64,000 bases of DNA from an uncultured Akkermansia sp. (GTDB lineage Bacteria; Verrucomicrobiota; Kiritimatiellia; RFP12; JAAYNR01). The DNA lies in contig CAZOJL010000004.1 in the NCBI GenBank assembly GCA_964580075.1, positions 262-64,261 of the forward strand. The letters run 5' to 3'. The notes under the pieces were generated by a model. The model was not told the DNA's origin. It saw only the letters and a program-made list of their open reading frames with translations, and ran no database searches. Below, in pieces: positions 17,078 through 24,252 of the stretch. The number at the start of each line of letters is the position of its first letter. The stretch's first letter is position 1. The position numbers and the translations under genes were made by a program.

Positions 17078-18896
17078 CGGCGGACCCGGTATCTACTCGG
17101 CCATCTCCGGCACCAACACTGCTTACGGCGGCGGCGGCGCTGGCAATGGCACCGGTGGCGGCGGAACTGGCGGGGTGGGCGGTGGCGGAGGACCCCTTTC
17201 TGGGCAGACGAATGCCGGCGGCGGTTCTGGGCAGCCGAATACCGGCGGCGGTGGCGGCGCCAACTGGGGCTCAGGCGGCTCCGGCATCGTGATCGTGCGG
17301 TACGAGATCCCCCCGGTGCCGTCCGTGACGCTCACCGCGCCGACGAACAACCAGGTACTCGCCTGGAACTACGCCTCGATTGCGGCCACGGCCACGGTCA
17401 CTAACGCCACGGTAACATCGGTGGACTTCTATACCAACACGGCCTCGGCCGCCTATGGGTTGGCGGGCTCCGACAGCGACCCGACTGGCGGTTACACGCT
17501 TTCGCTCGCCGGCGGGTCCTTGCCCGCGGGCACGAACCACATCTACGCCGTGATGACCGCCACCGCAGGCGTGTTCACTTCCGCAGGCGTGTTCACTTCC
17601 GCAGTGAACGCCATCATCGTCGAAACGCTGCCGATCGTGACGGTGTCCTTCCCGACGGACGGGCAGTCGTTCGCCAATCTCTCCTCGATCACGGCCACGG
17701 CCACGGTCAGCCACGGCATCTCGCCCTATACGGTGACCTTCTACACCAACAACGAAACGTCGGTCGGCACCGATAGCTCGGCGCCCTACGCGTCGTCTTC
17801 GCTCGGCCCTCTGACGGCGGCGGGCTCGTACCAGATCTATGCGAAGGTGACCGACAGCAACCCCAACGGGGCCGCCACGGTCTACTCCACGACGAACACC
17901 TTCACGATTCTGCCGCCGGCGCTGGCCGTGAGTGTCGCCGGACCGACCGAGTATCCGTATAACGGCATGATCGCTTCCACGGCCACGGTCGTCTTTGCCA
18001 CAGGCTCTTATACGGTGAAGGTGTGGACCAGCAGCGTTCCGGCCACGGTATGGGGGCAGGCGGGCGCGGACGGCATCAGTACTTCCCCGTACGGGGTCTC
18101 ATTCGGTCCTCTGGCGCCGGGCCCATACAGCATTCGCGCCACGGTTGCCGACTCGTCCCTCGCCTCGGCGACTTCCTCGACTTACACTGTCACCGTCCTG
18201 CAGGCGCCGACCGTGACCCTCAACACGCCGACGCCCAGTCAGCAGTTCGCCTTGAACTCGTCGGTTACGGGCACGGCCACGTGCGCCTCCGGCAAGACGC
18301 CGTACACGGTGACGTTCTATACCAACAAGAACGGAAGCGCCTATGGGCCGGCAGGCGCCGTCGCGGGCGCAGCGTCGCAGACCTCGTTCACCAACGTGCT
18401 GAGTTCCCAGGGCGCCGGTACGTATGGCGTCTATACCATGGTCGGCGGCGGTTATGGTGTCGGTGGAGATACTCCATCCAGCTCCGGTGGGTCCGGCGGG
18501 GGCGGCGGGCGGGCTTCGGTTGGCGGCGCGGGCACGGCCAGTCAAGGCTGGGCGGGCGGCACAGGATCAAGAGACGACGTAGGCAGCGGCGGCGGCGGTG
18601 CCGGGAATGTCGAGGGAGCTAATAGCGGCTTGACCGCCGGTAATGGAGGCCCTGGCCTCCAGAGTTCCATCACCGGCAGCAGTATGTGGTATGCGGGTGG
18701 CGGCGGCGGCAAAAACGAAAACAGTGGCGGCGGCAGCGGCACCGGAGGTAGTGACGTCGGCGGGAACGGCGGTTCCCCAGGGGCCTCTAGCAGGGGCGGC
18801 GGCGGCGGCGGGAGGGCCGCCGGCGGCTCGGGCATCGTGATTGTGCGGTACGACATCACGACGCCGCCGAAGGGCACCGTGTTCCTGATGCGGTAG
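17061..18896 (+). CDS. probable continuation of the glycine-rich protein in the other frame: GSGIVIVRY motif, three or four Ig-like (...TVTFYTN...) repeats, a second glycine-rich block, C-terminal GSGIVIVRYDITTPPKG
   Basis: The second frame becomes glycine-rich exactly where the first frame stops. Within it: GGSGIVIVRYEIPPVPSVTLTAP; three repeats of the type ITATATVSHGISPYTVTFYTN; GGSGIVIVRYDITTPPKGTVFLMR at the end. There is an 18-bp in-frame tandem duplication at 17565-17600 (AGVFTSAGVFTS). Confidence 0.5.
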   Translation: MDTRVNGGPGIYSAISGTNTAYGGGGAGNGTGGGGTGGVGGGGGPLSGQTNAGGGSGQPNTGGGGGANWGSGGSGIVIVRYEIPPVPSVTLTAPTNNQVLAWNYASIAATATVTNATVTSVDFYTNTASAAYGLAGSDSDPTGGYTLSLAGGSLPAGTNHIYAVMTATAGVFTSAGVFTSAVNAIIVETLPIVTVSFPTDGQSFANLSSITATATVSHGISPYTVTFYTNNETSVGTDSSAPYASSSLGPLTAAGSYQIYAKVTDSNPNGAATVYSTTNTFTILPPALAVSVAGPTEYPYNGMIASTATVVFATGSYTVKVWTSSVPATVWGQAGADGISTSPYGVSFGPLAPGPYSIRATVADSSLASATSSTYTVTVLQAPTVTLNTPTPSQQFALNSSVTGTATCASGKTPYTVTFYTNKNGSAYGPAGAVAGAASQTSFTNVLSSQGAGTYGVYTMVGGGYGVGGDTPSSSGGSGGGGGRASVGGAGTASQGWAGGTGSRDDVGSGGGGAGNVEGANSGLTAGNGGPGLQSSITGSSMWYAGGGGGKNENSGGGSGTGGSDVGGNGGSPGASSRGGGGGGRAAGGSGIVIVRYDITTPPKGTVFLMR

Positions 18897-18905
18897 GCGC
18901 CTTCG

Positions 18906-18931
18906 CCCCGACTCCCGCTTGGGAGTCGGGG
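18906..18931 (+). terminator. perfect 11-bp GC-rich hairpin (ccccgactccc-gctt-gggagtcgggg), 10 nt after the stop of the glycine-rich gene
   Basis: Seen directly in the sequence. There is no U-tract, so it may act as an intrinsic terminator or as a processing/stability stem. Confidence 0.4.
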
Positions 18932-19413
18932 CTACGGCGCGCCAGGGGCCGCTTCGCGCAGGAGGCTACGGCGCGCCAAGGGCGCGGGGTGCCAGGAGTC
19001 AGGGGACAGGAGTCAGGAATCAGTGTGTCGTTGTCTTGAGTCTTAATCTCCGGTCCTAATCTCCAGTCTTAATCTTTCCGCGGAAAGACAAAGACCCGAG
19101 ACGAAGACCGGAGTTTAAGACCGGAGAAGGAAGCGACGCAGGGCGGGTCTGGCGATAACGGGCCCGCCTTGTGTGTTTGTCCGCAGATGACGCAGATTAA
19201 GAGGTAGGGGAAGCAGGGTTCGGGGTTCAGGGTTCAGATCGTTGTCGCAATCGTTGTCGACAACGGTCGGAACGATGATCGGGCCAATGATGTGGGGCGA
19301 CAACGATAGAGACAACGATGGGAGATCGGTTGACGATTACGGGGAGATGCCGCACAATCGTCCACCGTTGTCGTCGCCGTAGTCGTCCACCGGGATTCAG
19401 AAAGGAACATGAA

Positions 19414-22400
19414 ATGAAACGATTCGACATTGCGCCCTTTGCCCTGCCCAACGCGTTGGCGGGGGAGTTGAAGTTCGAGGAACTGAGGGACATCGAGACC
19501 GTCGCGGTGGATTTCGACGGCCCGGCGCCCAAGACGGTCAGCTTGCAGTACCTGCGCAAGCACTGGCCCGGCGTGCGTATCGAGCGCACGATGGAGATGG
19601 ACCAGCAGCGGCCCATGTCCGTCGGTTGGTTCCGGATGGATGATCCCTTCACGCCGGAATGGGTGCCGGCCGCGACCCGCGTTGTCCGGCGCGGAAAGAA
19701 GACGTTGGTCTTCTCGTTCCATCCGCTAACTGCGGAACTCCCGGACGTGACGGACTACGCGGTGGGCTTCCGGCGCACCCTCGGCGTACGCGTGGCGGAG
19801 AGCGCGGTGGGCGTCAAGGCGATACGGGTCTTTACCCGGTCGCAGCCGGCGCGCAGCAAACTGCGCGTCGAACTGCACGCCGGCCGGAGGACCGCCGCGA
19901 AGACCATCGGGGTGAGCGGCTACAACGCGGTTGTGCGCGCGGTGCAGGCCGGTGGCGGCACGCGCGTGACGGCCACAGACATCCATGTCGGCGCGGGCCG
20001 GCAGGCGGCCTTTGAGATTGAACTCGATCACATGGAGCCTGTGCACCGTTACGCCAACGACGGCGCACACGTCCGCTTCGATCTGGGCCGGGACGCCTTC
20101 ACGATCGCGTTGGCCGCGCTGGACGCGCAAGGTCCGATCTGGTTTGCCGACGCCGGCATCTTCATTGTCCGCGCCGCGAATCCGGAGACCTTTGCCGCCT
20201 ACCGGGAGCGCATCCAAGGGTGCCGCACGGTGGCGACCGAGATTGCGGCGCTGCCGGAACAGTCCCTCGCCGGCGCCATGAACGGTCAACCGCGGCCGCA
20301 CCCCATTGCCTATGTCTGCGGCTGCCGGCACGCCCGCCAGAAATTCTGGATCGAGCCCTGTGGCGATATCGAGCTGACAGGATGTCTGGTGAAGCGCAAC
20401 TCGAACTCGTGGTTGGGGACACCCGAGGGGCGCGATACGCCCAAGTGGAAGAACGCAGGAATGGCACGCATCTTCTTCGGTCTCGACCTGTGGGCGGCGG
20501 AAGCCCGGCATAACGCCCCCTGGCCGGTCATGGCCTACAACCAGCAATTCCGGCGCGATGCCGTGCGTGTCCGGCAAAAGTGCTTCGCTGTGCCGCTGAC
20601 GCAATCCATTCTGGCCGGCGAACCGGCGCCGGATGCGACAATGGTGGCACTGGTTCGCTTCTCCTTCGAGAATACGGGTGACGCTCCCGCCGTGGCAGAG
20701 TTGCCGGTGTCCTACAGCCATCTCTCACATCGTGTCCATAACCGCCGGGTCCTGCGCGACCAGAACTGGACGCACGTAACCGACTCGTTGGTTCCGAAAT
20801 GCGAGCGGGAGAAACTGGTTGTGGACGGCGACCTCATCCGCGGTTCCTATCAGAATGAACTGGTCCCGCGCCTCATGTTCCAGACGGACATGACGGCCGA
20901 GACGACCGCTGCGGGTGTGCACTTCCGCAAGAAGCTTCAACCCGGCGAAACCTGCGAGTTTCTGGCGCGCATTCCGTTTGTCGCTGTCGAGTCGGAGGAT
21001 GAACTCGCGGCGCTGCGCGGGTTGGATTTCGGCCGGTGCTATGACGAGATGGCGCGCTACTGGCGCGAGGAAAGCCGGAAGAGCGCCCAGATCCAGACGC
21101 CGGATCCCCATCTGAACGCGGTTTACACCGGGCATCTGCCGATGGTGGTGATGAGCGACTTCGGCCACACGGACCATCCGTATATCGTCAGCACGTCGGT
21201 GGGCGCCTGTACTTACGGCAACTTCACCAACGAGTCGGTGATGATCGTCGAGGAACTCCAGCAGCGCGGCATGACGGACGACGTTCGGCGGCGCCTGGCT
21301 GCCTGGGTGAAGTATCAGGGAACGGTCGGCTTGAACGGCCGGTTCACGGACCACGACGGGGTGTTCTACGGTAGCGGCGGTTGGGAGTCGGGGCAGAGCT
21401 ACAACCAGCATCACGGCTGGGCTTTGTGGGCGCTGGCGCGGCATTTCCTGCACACGGGCGATCGCGCGTGGTTCGCCAGCGTGGCAGACAGTGTCATCAA
21501 AGGCGCCGAATGGATCGCGCGCCAACGTCGCGAGACGCTCAAGACCTTGCCGCACTCGCGCGGCTGGGAGCGCGGTTTTCTGCCGGCCGGCGCGCTCGAG
21601 GACGTGGAGGACTTCTTTTACTGGTTGAGCACCAACTGCCTGACCTGGCGCGGGCTGGACAGTGCGGCCGCCGCGCTGGAAAAATTCGGCCATGCCGAGG
21701 CCGCGCGCTACCGCAAGGAGGCAAACGCCTATGGCCGCGATCTGCGCCGCGGTTACGAGGAGGCGCGCCGGCATAGTCCGCTCGTCCGCCTGCGCGATGG
21801 ACGCTGGGTTCCGCACTATCCGTCCCGCCTCTATTGCCGCGGTCGAGACTACGGCTGGATTCGCGAAACGCTGGAAGGCTCGGTCTATCTGCTGATCTCA
21901 GGACTCTATTCGCCCGAGAGCAAACAGGGCGGCTGGATTCTGGACGACTACCAGGATACCCGGTACATGAGCCCGCCCTACAGTTATCCGATCCACGATC
22001 CTCAGACCGAATGGTTCGACTGCGGCGGCATCTGCCCGCAGCCGGCGCTGCTGGCCGGCCTGCTGCCGCACCTCGACCGCGACGAGATCGAAGTGTACCT
22101 GTGGATGTTCTTCAATGTCTGGGCCGCGTGCTATCGCCCCGAAGTGCAGGCCTTTGTGGAGCATCCCCAGCCGGTGCTGGGCTTTGGCAACTGCGCGCCA
22201 TTCAAGACCAGCGACCAGTCCAACGCCATGAAGTGGCTGGCCTATCTGTTCGTTTACGAGCGGGATGGACTGCTGCACCTTGGCCGGGCGATACCGCGCG
22301 CCTGGTTTGCGCAGGAACAGGCTTTTAGTGCCACGCGGCTGAGCACACCGGCCGGCATCGTTTCGGTCGAGTACCGTCCGCAGTTGGCGGCCGAGAAGAT

Positions 22401-22590
22401 TGAGACCGAGGTCGAACTGGAACTCCGCGCGAAGCCCGAGCGGTTGCTGCTGCGCTTCCGGCATCCGGAGAAGAAGCCGATCCGGTCGGTTACGATCAAC
22501 GGGCGCGCGTCGCAGGCTTTTGATGCCACGAACGGCGATGTGGAATTACCGACTGTTAGTGGCAAGGTGTGCGTGACGGTCAGCTATTGA
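19414..22590 (+). CDS. large hypothetical protein (about 1058 aa), possibly an (alpha/alpha)6-barrel glycoside hydrolase
   Basis: Start at MKRFDIAPF (the upstream part of the listed ORF lies in minisatellite DNA). No signal peptide. Coding-like composition throughout; GSGGWESGQSYNQHHGWALWALARHF is reminiscent of six-hairpin glycosidases. I do not recognise the family. Confidence 0.45.
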   Translation: MKRFDIAPFALPNALAGELKFEELRDIETVAVDFDGPAPKTVSLQYLRKHWPGVRIERTMEMDQQRPMSVGWFRMDDPFTPEWVPAATRVVRRGKKTLVFSFHPLTAELPDVTDYAVGFRRTLGVRVAESAVGVKAIRVFTRSQPARSKLRVELHAGRRTAAKTIGVSGYNAVVRAVQAGGGTRVTATDIHVGAGRQAAFEIELDHMEPVHRYANDGAHVRFDLGRDAFTIALAALDAQGPIWFADAGIFIVRAANPETFAAYRERIQGCRTVATEIAALPEQSLAGAMNGQPRPHPIAYVCGCRHARQKFWIEPCGDIELTGCLVKRNSNSWLGTPEGRDTPKWKNAGMARIFFGLDLWAAEARHNAPWPVMAYNQQFRRDAVRVRQKCFAVPLTQSILAGEPAPDATMVALVRFSFENTGDAPAVAELPVSYSHLSHRVHNRRVLRDQNWTHVTDSLVPKCEREKLVVDGDLIRGSYQNELVPRLMFQTDMTAETTAAGVHFRKKLQPGETCEFLARIPFVAVESEDELAALRGLDFGRCYDEMARYWREESRKSAQIQTPDPHLNAVYTGHLPMVVMSDFGHTDHPYIVSTSVGACTYGNFTNESVMIVEELQQRGMTDDVRRRLAAWVKYQGTVGLNGRFTDHDGVFYGSGGWESGQSYNQHHGWALWALARHFLHTGDRAWFASVADSVIKGAEWIARQRRETLKTLPHSRGWERGFLPAGALEDVEDFFYWLSTNCLTWRGLDSAAAALEKFGHAEAARYRKEANAYGRDLRRGYEEARRHSPLVRLRDGRWVPHYPSRLYCRGRDYGWIRETLEGSVYLLISGLYSPESKQGGWILDDYQDTRYMSPPYSYPIHDPQTEWFDCGGICPQPALLAGLLPHLDRDEIEVYLWMFFNVWAACYRPEVQAFVEHPQPVLGFGNCAPFKTSDQSNAMKWLAYLFVYERDGLLHLGRAIPRAWFAQEQAFSATRLSTPAGIVSVEYRPQLAAEKIETEVELELRAKPERLLLRFRHPEKKPIRSVTINGRASQAFDATNGDVELPTVSGKVCVTVSY

Positions 22591-23092
22591 TGTGTGGTGA
22601 CGCAATGCGGAGGGGATGGCGTATGCGAATGGGTGCGTGCATCGAGGCGGGACGGGGCTGTCAGAATGTCGCGTGCTTCCCAAAGCGGGCGCGACTCCCG
22701 CGCTCCCAGGAAAGCACCGAAACGAGGATGCGCCCGGATTGACTTTGATCCCCACTTCTGCCATGCTTTTCCCCACGAGGTCGTTGCGTCAGACCGATTC
22801 CGGCCTGTTTTCGGCCCGTACGGGCCGAGGCCGATCAGGGTGTGCCGAAAAGCGATTTCGAGTCAATGGTTGGGCATCTCCTGACGCCACCGGAACTGAT
22901 CGAGCGCCGTGAGAGTTGGATCGGCGCAGCCGCACGCACGACCAGATGGTGCAGGCCGCACAGAGCGACGCGCAGAACCTGCAGGAAGGCGGGTTCACGG
23001 AACGACTCTATCGCATTCGAAGCGAGCGGCAAAAACAGGGATGCGACAATGGTGGCACTGGTTTGCGCCGCTGGCGCATCGCTTGGTTCGGC

Positions 23093-23365
23093 TCAGATTT
23101 TCAGAAGTTCGGAATGCGACCCGGTGCGCTCGAAAATCACGGTATTGCCTTCGAGTTTGTAGATCAGCAACCAGTCCCCATCCAAGTGGCAAACGCGACG
23201 GCCCTGATAGTTTCCAACCAGCTTGTGATCGCGAAGTTCTGCAGGCAATTCCTGCTCACAGGCAATCCATGTCATGACCCGTTTCAACCGAGTCAAATCC
23301 CGTCCCGACTTGAGCGCCTTCTTGTAGTCTTTTTCAAACCGGGTGGTTGTCTTCAGCTTCCTCAT
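23093..23365 (-). CDS. yafQ: type II toxin, YafQ/RelE family
   Basis: 90 aa with KDYKKALKSGRDLTRLKRVMTWI...KLVGNYQGRRVCHLDGDWLLIYKLEGNTVIFERTGSHSEL, the YafQ-family signature. Confidence 0.75.
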   Translation of the reverse strand: MRKLKTTTRFEKDYKKALKSGRDLTRLKRVMTWIACEQELPAELRDHKLVGNYQGRRVCHLDGDWLLIYKLEGNTVIFERTGSHSELLKI

Positions 23366-23622
23366 TTGTCGAGTGCCTTGAACATCTCATCCAGGTTTTT
23401 GTAGGCATAAAGTTCTTCACCACGGTCGGTGGTCTCGAAAGTCCGGCGAGTGATATTGTTTGGCATATCGATGGGAAAAGGAATGCCCTTACGCAGTCGA
23501 ATCTGGCTAAAGAACATAGTGATGGCGTCGGTTGTCGTGACGCCTAGTTGCTTTAATAGTGCCTCCACCTCGGACTTCAACCCCGACGCCATTCGCGCCC
23601 TCACGGTTACTGTGCGACTCAT
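23362..23622 (-). CDS. dinJ: type II antitoxin, DinJ/RelB family
   Basis: MSRTVTVRARMASGLKSEVEALLKQLGVTTTDAITMFFSQI is a ribbon-helix-helix RelB/DinJ antitoxin. Its stop overlaps the toxin start (ATGA). Confidence 0.7.
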   Translation of the reverse strand: MSRTVTVRARMASGLKSEVEALLKQLGVTTTDAITMFFSQIRLRKGIPFPIDMPNNITRRTFETTDRGEELYAYKNLDEMFKALDK

Positions 23623-23954
23623 ACTGTTTGCCCCCTTTGACAGCATCAATGTAGCGCAATTGGGCTACGAAGTCAAGACGGCTGAAATGAATATTTGAGG
23701 CGCTGGCAAAACCCTTGGAAGCGCCGGGAATCAGGTTTCAGGATGCCATGTTCAGGCCGGAAACGCCTCCGGAACCCCGAACCCTGAACCCTCCGCTTGC
23801 ACAAACCGGAGGTTTTGCAAGCGCCTCATTTAGTGAACTCGATTCTTACGAACTCCTTGGACTCATCACTTTTCATTCCAAATATTGCCTTCGGGCTCTT
23901 CGTGTTCTTCGTGGTGTGAACTGCCGGTTTTAGGATAATTTGAATTGCTGAACG

Positions 23955-24091
23955 CAGCAATTCTAACACGGGCAGCCGCTATCGGGATCCAAATCGGAAT
24001 CGGGACCGAAATCGACGAGAAAGCGAGGATTTCGACACCGATAGCGATAGCGATTTCGACTGGTCGGATGTGCTCAAAATTAGAATTGCTG
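23955..24091. mobile_element. MITE-like element, family B, intact (TIR cagcaattcta / tagaattgctg)
   Basis: 137 bp with perfect 11-bp TIRs. It is preceded by an extra solo TIR fragment (tgaattgctg, 23941-23950) and followed by a G10 homopolymer (24091-24100). Confidence 0.65.
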
Positions 24092-24252
24092 GGGGGGGGG
24101 TTGACTTTATCCACCCCTCCTGCATAATGAAGACGCTCGTGCGCATGGGTTCATGCACGTTACACGCTCCGCGAGTGCGGCGCGAGCGCGGAACTCCGAC
24201 GCCGGGAGAGACCGAGATATCGGCACGCTCACGTGACGCTGAGAACGCTATT

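Noticed and set aside
19726-21816. 331-aa and 363-aa minus-strand ORFs
   Set aside because: Both lie antisense inside the 19414..22590 gene. R/G/A/P-rich composition.
24070-24252. Upstream 61 codons of the listed SNF2 ORF (MLKIRIAGGGVDFIHPSC...)
   Set aside because: This stretch runs through the MITE right end and the G10 tract and has no protein-like composition. The conserved protein begins at MTVELCL (24253).
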